From an uncultured Chloroflexia bacterium (GTDB lineage: Bacteria; Chloroflexota; Chloroflexia; QHBQ01; JADMIH01), in NCBI GenBank assembly GCA_963797095.1, contig CAWCNY010000006.1:928001-992000 (forward strand): 64,000 nucleotides of DNA, read 5' to 3'. Numbering within the stretch: the stretch's first letter is position 1; the number at the start of each line of letters is the position of its first letter. A program made the translations under genes and the position numbers. Of the stretch, positions 56,703-64,000 are shown one piece after another. The notes under the pieces were generated by a model that saw nothing but the letters and a program-made list of their open reading frames with translations, searched no databases and had not been told where the DNA came from.

Positions 56703-57350
56703 ATGCTGGAAGGGACACACTTACGTGTCCCTTCCAGCCCCACTCTGGAGTTAGCCGGTATGCAAGCCCAGCCTGAGCGCAGCGTAGAGAACAACCTGCT
56801 TGTTTCGAGCGCGATGCCCGCCATCAAGGTCAAGATCGCAGGGGAGTTTAACCTCCTGGGCCGCCTTGACTTCATCCTGTACGGTGTGGCCGGTGTGGAG
56901 CTTTTCGTCTTTGTGGCGGCGTCCGATCATGCGGCCAACCGCTTCCTGATCGTGCAGTTCGAGAGATACCTCGACACTAACAGCCACACATACAGCTATC
57001 CTGTCACCCACCTGGTCACCATCGGCAGCAAGCAGTATGTGCACGATACCTTCGTCGTACCTACATCAGACGACCTGTCCAACCCTGAATCTGATGGCGC
57101 CCGCACGCTGAAGTTCATACGGGAGCAGGGCTACACCCTGTCGCAGGAAGTCGTTACCTCGCGCTTCGTGCATTTGTTGGACGAATCGCGCCGGAGCGAG
57201 CTACTCTTCTCCTACAATGAAAACCTCGGGAACCTGGGCTATAAGGCAGCCGACATCGCCGAAGATTTCCGGCCCAGGCCCGAATACTCGTCGCTGGCAG
57301 ATGATCAATTGCATAAGGCTTTGAGGGCGTTCGAGGTGATCGAAGATTGA
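56703..57350 (+). CDS. Hypothetical protein (start may be 56760)
   Basis: 215-aa ORF with host-like codon usage, no recognisable motif. Confidence 0.6.
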   Translation: MLEGTHLRVPSSPTLELAGMQAQPERSVENNLLVSSAMPAIKVKIAGEFNLLGRLDFILYGVAGVELFVFVAASDHAANRFLIVQFERYLDTNSHTYSYPVTHLVTIGSKQYVHDTFVVPTSDDLSNPESDGARTLKFIREQGYTLSQEVVTSRFVHLLDESRRSELLFSYNENLGNLGYKAADIAEDFRPRPEYSSLADDQLHKALRAFEVIED

Positions 57351-57456
57351 AATGACGCTAACGGATTGATGCACTTCTCTTTACCGGTTGTTTACCTGCT
57401 ACTACCTTCAGGTTTACCCAACATGAGTAAAATCCGAGTAGAGCCTGACTTGGTGA

Positions 57457-57582
57457 CAAGGCTGATGCAAGATCGGTATCGGACGCACCAGGTTTGGATG
57501 TGTCATTCTTCACTTCGTTCAGGATGACAAGGCGTAGATGGGCCGCGTTTTCTCGGCTTTATTTAACTTTGCATCCGCCCTG
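57457..57582. mobile_element. 126-bp MITE with 14-bp imperfect TIRs and 12-bp target-site duplication
   Basis: ctgacttggtga at 57445-57456 and 57583-57594; ends caaggctgatgcaa / ttgcatccgccctg (12 of 14 match). Confidence 0.75.
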
Positions 57583-57602
57583 CTGACTTGGTGAAGTGGT
57601 GA

Positions 57603-57631
57603 TTGACTGGTAGAGTGGTGAATGCTATAAT
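57603..57631 (+). promoter_or_regulatory. Sigma70-type promoter of the gcv operon
   Basis: TTGACT, 17-bp spacer, TGc-TATAAT. Confidence 0.85.
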
Positions 57632-57634
57632 CAC

Positions 57635-57809
57635 TATGCACGTGGGAGAGCCTCTCGTTTCAAAGCTGGAGCGCCGAAGGGGCAAGGCAGGATTGCCGAA
57701 ACTCTCAGGTAAATCGGACCGCGTGCATACAACCCTCTGGAGAGTTCCCTATGGAACGCCCACGGAGCAAAGCCGGAAACGGCTAATCTCACAGGCCTAA
57801 GGACAGAGG
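57635..57809 (+). ncRNA. Tandem glycine riboswitch
   Basis: Aptamer 1: GGAGAG...CGCCGAAGGGGCAA...ACTCTCAGGT...GGAC with P1 tatgcacgtg/cgcgtgcata; aptamer 2: CCTCTGGAGAG...GGAGCAA...CAGGC...GGACAGAGG; upstream of gcvT. Confidence 0.93.
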
Positions 57810-57838
57810 AAGCTAAATGCTTCCAACTGTCTTTTTTT
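57802..57838 (+). terminator. Riboswitch expression-platform terminator (ON switch)
   Basis: gacag-a-ggaagc-taaat-gcttcc-aa-ctgtc + T7; overlaps the 3' strand of aptamer-2 P1. Confidence 0.8.
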
Positions 57839-57960
57839 GTTATGCGATCCAATCCACGAAGGCGTGGAGAAAGGTGGGCAGAGTGGACACAGATGCTACG
57901 AGGGCAAGTATGGTTGATATGAAAGCGCACGCCGATGAGCGGGCTGAACGGGAGCAGGTC

Positions 57961-59058
57961 ATGGAGCCGTTGCGTACGCCTCTATACGAGGAGCATGTCG
58001 CGCTTGGCGCGCGGATGGTGGAATTCGGGGGGTGGGTGATGCCCGTACAGTACACGAAAGGGATCATCGAAGAGCACAAGGCTGTGCGCTCGCACGTGGG
58101 CATTTTCGATACGTGCCACATGGGCGAGTTTGTGCTGGTAGGGCCGGACGCGGCTAGGCTGGCCAATATCGCGACGGTGAACAATGTAGCAGCTTTGGGC
58201 TTGGTGCAGGCGCAATACTCGTTCATGTGCAACAACGAAGGCGGTGTGATCGACGACTGCATCGTGTACAACTTTGGCGATCACACCTTCATATGCGTGA
58301 ACGCCGCACCCTTGCTGTCCGACTTCGCGTGGCTGGAGCAGTTGCGAGACGAACGCGGGTTGGACGTGGAACTTACTAACGAGTTGGATGAAACGGGCAA
58401 ATTGGACGTGCAGGGTCCGGGAGCTGCGGCGTTAGTCCAGAACTTCTGCGATGTGGACCTGTCGGGGCTTAAGTTCTTCTGGGCAACCAAAGGAACTGTG
58501 GCGGGTGTGCCCTGTCGCATATCACGAACGGGATACACAGGTGAAGATGGCTTCGAGCTTTTCTTCCCTATAGAAGAGACTGTGAAGCTGTGGCGGCTGT
58601 TCGTGGAGAACGGGACAGCGCCGTCCGGCCTGGGATGCCGCGATACGCTCAGGTTGGAAGCATCGCTGCCGCTTTCGGGGAGCGATGTCGCGCCTCCGGG
58701 CAATCGCAACCCCATCTGGGCGGGATTTGGCAAATTCGTCAAGCTCGACAAGGGTGTCGATTTCGTCGGGCGCGATGCTTTGCAGAAGGCAAAGGACGAT
58801 CCCGGAGGCGAGAGGTTGATCAACTTCCATGTTACCGGAAGGGGCGTGCCCCGCACCCATTGTGCCATCTCAAAGGATGGCGAAACGGTTGGCGAGGTAA
58901 GCAGCGGGTCGTATGGGCCCACCCTGGACAAGTTCATTGGCATGGGTTGGGTGCGGGCTGGATTGCACACGGCGGGCACAGAACTCGATGTGATTATCAG
59001 AGACAAGCCGGTCCCGATTGTAGCAGTAACGAGGCCAATGTATAAGAAGCCTTATTGA
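57961..59058 (+). CDS. gcvT: Glycine cleavage system aminomethyltransferase T
   Basis: RTPLY..H, FGGWVMPVQY, FDTCHMG, SRTGYTGEDGFE, RDTLRLEA; start placed at MEPLRTP. Confidence 0.95.
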   Translation: MEPLRTPLYEEHVALGARMVEFGGWVMPVQYTKGIIEEHKAVRSHVGIFDTCHMGEFVLVGPDAARLANIATVNNVAALGLVQAQYSFMCNNEGGVIDDCIVYNFGDHTFICVNAAPLLSDFAWLEQLRDERGLDVELTNELDETGKLDVQGPGAAALVQNFCDVDLSGLKFFWATKGTVAGVPCRISRTGYTGEDGFELFFPIEETVKLWRLFVENGTAPSGLGCRDTLRLEASLPLSGSDVAPPGNRNPIWAGFGKFVKLDKGVDFVGRDALQKAKDDPGGERLINFHVTGRGVPRTHCAISKDGETVGEVSSGSYGPTLDKFIGMGWVRAGLHTAGTELDVIIRDKPVPIVAVTRPMYKKPY

Positions 59059-59119
59059 CGAGTAACGAGTAACTGACTAAGCAGTACGCAGTACGCAGTA
59101 TCACGTATCACCTATCACC
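59057..59119. repeat. Composite heptamer array (GAGTAAC, GCAGTAC, TATCACx)
   Basis: gacgagtaacgagtaactgactaagcagtacgcagtacgcagtatcacgtatcacctatcacc. Confidence 0.8.
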
Positions 59120-59134
59120 AACAAGGAGATGTAG

Positions 59135-59521
59135 ATGGAAAACCCTCGCGATTATATGTATACAAACGAACACGAATGGGTGCAGATGGAGGGCAATATC
59201 GCTGTGGTGGGCATTACCAACTATGCGGCCACACAACTGGGTGACATGGTCTATATTGATATGCCCTCTGAGGGGGCTATGGTAAAGCAGGGCGAGTCGA
59301 TTGGGGCGCTAGAGAGTGTGAAGGCTGCCGCCGACTTCTACAGCCCCTTATCGGGTGAGGTGGTGGCGCGCAACGACCGGTTGCTGGACGAGCCGGGGCT
59401 GATGAACTCGGACACGTTTACAGAAGGTTGGTTCGTGCGGATCAAGCCCTCGGATATATCTGAACTTGATAACCTGATGGACGCCGATGCTTATGATGAG
59501 TTCGAAAAGTCGCAGGGCTAG
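59135..59521 (+). CDS. gcvH: Glycine cleavage system H protein
   Basis: HEWV, GIT.YA..QLGD, lipoyl-Lys motif ESVKAA. Confidence 0.96.
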   Translation: MENPRDYMYTNEHEWVQMEGNIAVVGITNYAATQLGDMVYIDMPSEGAMVKQGESIGALESVKAAADFYSPLSGEVVARNDRLLDEPGLMNSDTFTEGWFVRIKPSDISELDNLMDADAYDEFEKSQG

Positions 59522-59535
59522 AAGAGGTACAAAAC

Positions 59536-60864
59536 ATGGTTTACACACCGAATACGGAGGCCCAGCGGCAGGAGATGCTGGCAGCCATCGGGCTGAAAAG
59601 CATTTCTGACCTATATAGCGAGGTGCCCGCCTCCGTAATTGATCCTGAGATAAGATTGCCTGCCCCGCTGAGCGAGCCGGAGCTGATGGCTGAGATGCGG
59701 CGGTTGTCGGAGCGGAACGCCGATGCGCTTCATCACCCCAACTTCCTGGGAGCAGGCTCTTACAACCACTTTTCCCCGAGTGCGGTATACCGTATCATGT
59801 CGCGTTCGGAGTTTTATACAGCCTACACGCCCTACCAGCCTGAGCTTAGCCAGGGCACATTGCAACAGATATATGAGTTCCAGACGTTGATATGCCAGTT
59901 GACCGGCATGGATGTGGCTAACGCGTCCATGTACGATGCCGGGTCAGCGTTGGGGGAAGCGGCGGTGATGGCGTGCACAATCACGCGGCGCAATAAGGTA
60001 TGGGTGTCGCCGCGGCTCAATCCGGAGCACAAGGCGGTGCTGCGTACCTTTGCTGATGGGCACAACATCGAGTTCATCGAGCAGGACGCGAATGTCACCG
60101 ACGCCTCGCAGATCGGGCGGGATGTGGCCTGCATTATCGTGCAGCAGCCGAACTTTATCGGTGAGGTCCGTGATTTTAGAGGATTGGCAGAGAAGGTGCA
60201 CCTGGCCGATGCGATCTTGATCGAGGTGTACGATCCAATCTCGTTGGGGTTGTTGAAAAGCCCCGGAGAGCTAGATGTGGACATAGCGATTGGCGAGGGG
60301 CAGGGCCTGGGCATCCCGATGTCGTTCGGTGGGCCGTATTGCGGGCTATTCGCCACCAAAGAGAAGTACGTGCGGCAGATGCCGGGCAGGCTGGCCGGTA
60401 TGACCAGGGATAAGGACGGCAAGCGTGGGTTTGTGCTGACGCTGCAAACGCGCGAGCAGCACATCAGGCGCGAGAAGGCCACGTCCAATATCTGCACGAA
60501 CGAGGCGCTGATGGCGGTTGCCGCTACGGCGTATCTTACGTGCATGGGGCCGCAAGGGTTGAAAAGGGTGGCGGAGATTTGCTACCAGAGGAGCCACTAC
60601 CTGGCGAACAAGCTCAAGCAATTGCCGGGATATAAGATGCTGAGTCGCGAGCCGTTTTTCAATGAGTTCGCGATACAGACGCCCATATCGCCAACCGAGA
60701 CCAACAAGCGGCTGGTGGAGCACGGGATCGTCGGCGGGCTCGATATAAGCGGATTTGTAGAAGTAGATGGCGCGCCCAACGCCTGGCTGCTGTGCGTGAC
60801 TGAGATGACTGCGCGCGAAGATATGGATAAGCTGGTGAGCGTGCTTGCAGAGATGAATGGTTAG
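59536..60864 (+). CDS. gcvPA: Glycine dehydrogenase subunit 1
   Basis: FLGAG, YTPYQPELSQG, NASMYD, REQHIRREKATSNICTN. Confidence 0.96.
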   Translation: MVYTPNTEAQRQEMLAAIGLKSISDLYSEVPASVIDPEIRLPAPLSEPELMAEMRRLSERNADALHHPNFLGAGSYNHFSPSAVYRIMSRSEFYTAYTPYQPELSQGTLQQIYEFQTLICQLTGMDVANASMYDAGSALGEAAVMACTITRRNKVWVSPRLNPEHKAVLRTFADGHNIEFIEQDANVTDASQIGRDVACIIVQQPNFIGEVRDFRGLAEKVHLADAILIEVYDPISLGLLKSPGELDVDIAIGEGQGLGIPMSFGGPYCGLFATKEKYVRQMPGRLAGMTRDKDGKRGFVLTLQTREQHIRREKATSNICTNEALMAVAATAYLTCMGPQGLKRVAEICYQRSHYLANKLKQLPGYKMLSREPFFNEFAIQTPISPTETNKRLVEHGIVGGLDISGFVEVDGAPNAWLLCVTEMTAREDMDKLVSVLAEMNG

Positions 60865-60941
60865 TTCGTACCGCGTATTGCATACCGCGAGTGAATGATG
60901 TCTATCCGGTACGAAATACGGAGTAAGCAGTAGGAGATATT

Positions 60942-62435
60942 ATGGCTACCGAACCACTAATATTTGAAATGAGCAGCCCTGGGCGGATTGGGTTTTCGCT
61001 GCCGGAGGTGGATATGGACGAGGCCCCGGCGCTCGACCCTTGGTTGTTGAGGGAGAATCTGGACCTGCCTGAGGTGTCGGAGGTGGATATGACACGGCAC
61101 TTCGTGCGGCTGAGCCAGAAGAACTATTCGATTGATACGGGGTTTTACCCACTTGGGTCGTGCACAATGAAGTACAACCCGAAGGTGCACGAGGACGTGG
61201 CGATCATGCCAGGCTTCGCGTACATACACCCTTACCAGCCGGTAGAGACGGTGCAAGGGGCGTTGCAGGTGCAGTACGAGTTGCAGGAGATGTTGCTTCA
61301 GATATCGGGTATGGACGCTATATCGTTGCAGCCTGCTGCCGGTGCGCAAGGTGAGTTCACGGGCATCCTGATGATCAGAGCTTATCACAGGTCGCGCGGA
61401 GATGATAACCGCGATCTTATCCTGGTGCCCGACTCGGCGCATGGCACTAACCCGGCCACTGCCGCGGCCGCGGGGTTCAAGATGGTATCGCTGAAGTCGG
61501 GGGCCGATGGGAATGTGGACCTAGATACGCTGGAGGCGAACCTCTCAGACCGGGTGGCCGGGATGATGCTGACGGTGCCGAGCACGCTGGGGTTGTTCGA
61601 GCCGAACATCCTGAAGATCAGCGAAATGGTGCACAAGGCTGGTGGGTTAACGTACGGCGACGGGGCGAATCTGAATGCGCTCGTGGGCCATATCCGCACC
61701 GGCGACCTGGGTTTCGATGTGATGCATATCAACCTGCACAAGACCTTCACTACACCACATGGCGGTGGTGGCCCTGGGAGCGGGCCGGTGGCGTGCAAAG
61801 AGTTGCTCGCGCCGTTCTTGCCGGGGCCTGTGGTTGTGAAGGAAGGAGACACGTTCACCTTCAAGCAGCCTGAGAAGTCGATTGGGCGAGTGAAGAATTT
61901 CTGGGGCAACTTCGGGATGCATGTGCGTGCCTACACTTACATCCGGCACCTGGGTTTGCGCGGGTTGAAGCGGGTGAGCGAGGATGCGATCCTGAATGCG
62001 AATTACATCAGGGCAAACCTGAAGGATGTTTATCACTTGCAGTATGACCGGGTGTGTATGCACGAGGTTGTACTGTCCAGCAAGAATATCAAGGCAGAGA
62101 CGGGATGCGCGACGATGGACGTGGCGAAGCGGCTGATCGACTATGGGATGCACCCGCCCACGGTCTATTTCCCGCTGATCGTGCCTGAAGCATTGATGAT
62201 CGAGCCTACCGAAACCGAATCGAAGGAGACGCTGGATCAGTTCATTGCTGCGATGAAGGCGATCGCGCAGGAGGCGCGAGAGGATCCGGAGATCTTGCAC
62301 AGTGCGCCGCACATCACCGAGGTGTCACGATTGGACGAAGTTGGGGCCGCGCGGGAGCCTAATCTCAGGTGGAAGCGGCCCGCTGAGGCTGCTCCACAGG
62401 CTGAACCTGAGGCAGTGGGAGCGGGGGCCAGCTAG
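60942..62435 (+). CDS. gcvPB: Glycine dehydrogenase subunit 2
   Basis: YPLGSCTMKYN, SAHGTNPA, HINLHKTFTTPHGGGGPG, IEPTETE. Confidence 0.96.
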   Translation: MATEPLIFEMSSPGRIGFSLPEVDMDEAPALDPWLLRENLDLPEVSEVDMTRHFVRLSQKNYSIDTGFYPLGSCTMKYNPKVHEDVAIMPGFAYIHPYQPVETVQGALQVQYELQEMLLQISGMDAISLQPAAGAQGEFTGILMIRAYHRSRGDDNRDLILVPDSAHGTNPATAAAAGFKMVSLKSGADGNVDLDTLEANLSDRVAGMMLTVPSTLGLFEPNILKISEMVHKAGGLTYGDGANLNALVGHIRTGDLGFDVMHINLHKTFTTPHGGGGPGSGPVACKELLAPFLPGPVVVKEGDTFTFKQPEKSIGRVKNFWGNFGMHVRAYTYIRHLGLRGLKRVSEDAILNANYIRANLKDVYHLQYDRVCMHEVVLSSKNIKAETGCATMDVAKRLIDYGMHPPTVYFPLIVPEALMIEPTETESKETLDQFIAAMKAIAQEAREDPEILHSAPHITEVSRLDEVGAAREPNLRWKRPAEAAPQAEPEAVGAGAS

Positions 62436-62449
62436 AATATGAAATAGAA

Positions 62450-62500
62450 AACTAAAAGTCAAGGTTGTGCGCTTTGGACACACAACCTTGACTTTTAGTT
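62450..62500. terminator. Bidirectional terminator between gcvPB and prs
   Basis: aactaaaagtcaaggttgtg...cacaaccttgacttttagtt, 20-bp stem. Confidence 0.85.
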
Positions 62501-63472
62501 GTTGTCCAGCACACCCTGCTTACTGGCTTCGAAGAGAGCACCAACGGACGTGCCGGAATGTATGCGCCACATTGTCTCGGCGATCATCGGGGCCACGCTG
62601 AGGACGGTAAGGTTGGGGAGCATCTTTTCGGGTGGTAGGGGGATTGTGTCGGTGGTGACCAGTTCCACTATAGGAGCCTTACTCAGGCGCTCGATGGCGG
62701 AGCCGGAAAAGACCGGGTGAACGCAGGAGGCGTAGACAGCTTTCGCGCCGTGCTCAACTACCACCTTGATAGCCTGGGCCATCGAGCCTCCGGTATCTAT
62801 TTCGTCGTCCACCAGGATAACGGTCTTGCCCTGAACATCGCCTATGAGGTTGAGAACCTCGGTGCGGTCGGCGTTGCCCGTGCGGCGCTTTTCAACAATA
62901 GCAAGTGGAGCATCGATTAGCTCGGCGAAGTTGCGGGCGCGCTTGGCGTTGCCTATGTCGGTAGAGACGACCACGCGGTCTTCCAGGCGCTTGTTGCGGA
63001 AGTGCTCGGCCAAGAGGAACATGGCGGTTAGCTCATCGACAGGGATGTTAAAGAAGCCCTGTATTTGCCCGGCGTGCAGGTCGATGGTGAGGAGGCGGTC
63101 GGCCCCGGCGACGGTGATCATGTCGGCGACGAGACGGGCGGTGATAGGAACCCTGGGTTGGTCCTTTTTGTCGGTGCGACCGTAGGCGTAGTAAGGCACC
63201 ACGGCGGTGATGCGCCCGGCGGAGGCGCGCTTGGCGGCGTCGATGATGATCAGTAGCTCCATGATCGAGCGGTGGACCGGAGACGAGAAGGGCTGGATTA
63301 TGAAAACATCGTTTTCACGTACGCTTTCATCGATCTTGACGAAAATGTTCTCGTTGGAGAACTCGAACACCTGGATATTGCCCAGGCTCATCCTCAGGCG
63401 GCTGGCAACGGCCTCGGCCAACGTCGGATTGGCGTTGCCGCTGAATATGGTCATGTCCTCGAATTGTGGCAT
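62495..63472 (-). CDS. prs: Ribose-phosphate pyrophosphokinase
   Basis: PYYAYGRTDKK..RVPITA, DLHAGQIQGFF, VDDEIDTGG; likely start MPQFED. Confidence 0.96.
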   Translation of the reverse strand: MPQFEDMTIFSGNANPTLAEAVASRLRMSLGNIQVFEFSNENIFVKIDESVRENDVFIIQPFSSPVHRSIMELLIIIDAAKRASAGRITAVVPYYAYGRTDKKDQPRVPITARLVADMITVAGADRLLTIDLHAGQIQGFFNIPVDELTAMFLLAEHFRNKRLEDRVVVSTDIGNAKRARNFAELIDAPLAIVEKRRTGNADRTEVLNLIGDVQGKTVILVDDEIDTGGSMAQAIKVVVEHGAKAVYASCVHPVFSGSAIERLSKAPIVELVTTDTIPLPPEKMLPNLTVLSVAPMIAETMWRIHSGTSVGALFEASKQGVLDNN

Positions 63473-63525
63473 AGGTTTTTGCTGTAGACGAAAGACGGAC
63501 AACGATGGACGAAAGTAAACAGGGT

Positions 63526-64000
63526 CTATTCGTCGTTCTTTCTTTGTCCTTCGTCCTCTTCTGCTTTTTCGTTGATTAGCAGGGCTAGAGCGGTTTCGGC
63601 TGCTGCTTGTTCGGCCATTTGTTTGTTGGTGCCGGTGCCGTCGGCCAGGATACGGTCACCTGCCAGAACTTCTACTCTAAATTGTTTGGCGTGATCGGGG
63701 CCGGACGTTTCGACCATCCTGTACATAGGCGTTTGCTTAAGGTGGGCTTGGGCGAACTGCTGCAATTGCGTTTTGAAGTCGGCGCGCAACACCTCCTCAA
63801 TAAGTGCGACGGCATCATCGGATTCACCCAGAATAGTGTGCCAGACGGTGCGAGCTGCCTCCAGTCCACCATCCAGATAGACTGCGCCAAGGAGGGCTTC
63901 AATGGCGCGACCGAGGTTGGTGCCTCTCGTGCGACCTCCCGCCGCTTCTTCGCCCCGGCTCATATACAGATATTCGCCAAGTTCCAGAGGTTCTGCGATC
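63526..64000 (-). CDS. rnc: Ribonuclease III, C-terminal part (partial)
   Basis: SRGEEAAGGR, EALLGAVYLDGG, dsRBD DFKTQLQ...GPDHAKQF...AEQAAA; runs off the window end. Confidence 0.93.
   Translation of the reverse strand, partial: IAEPLELGEYLYMSRGEEAAGGRTRGTNLGRAIEALLGAVYLDGGLEAARTVWHTILGESDDAVALIEEVLRADFKTQLQQFAQAHLKQTPMYRMVETSGPDHAKQFRVEVLAGDRILADGTGTNKQMAEQAAAETALALLINEKAEEDEGQRKNDE

Noticed and set aside
57817-57960. N-terminal extension of GcvT in the ORF track
   Set aside because: Begins inside the riboswitch terminator; GcvT homology starts at MEPLRTP (57961)

Overview
A 64 kb, moderately GC-rich bacterial chromosome segment, most likely from a monoderm Chloroflexota genome (inferred from the RpoA and RecA style, Cys-containing SLH domains, a lineage-typical surface-protein module and a Tad cluster with no secretin in the window). 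Housekeeping genes: cysS-surE-thpR, recA-recX, gcvT-H-PA-PB under a tandem glycine riboswitch, prs and a partial rnc. Envelope genes: GT2/GT4/GT-C glycosyltransferases, a CsaB-like pyruvyltransferase next to an SLH protein, surface peptidases, a prepilin peptidase and a cpaB-cpaE-cpaF-tadB-tadC pilus cluster followed by an HD-GYP phosphodiesterase. It also holds a SWIM-SNF2 helicase and a decayed IS630. Most unusual signals: (1) a stand-alone, divergent RNA polymerase alpha gene with its own promoter and terminator and an eroded beta-contact motif; (2) a tandem glycine riboswitch whose second aptamer is structurally intact but has rewritten ligand-pocket bases; (3) 7-bp tandem arrays at many gene junctions, often as inverted pairs; (4) two dispersed repeat families and a 126-bp MITE with a 12-bp target duplication. 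recA and the SNF2 gene each carry a single +1 frameshift, possibly sequencing error. No rRNA, tRNA or CRISPR array was seen. All calls come from reading the sequence by eye; no searches were run.
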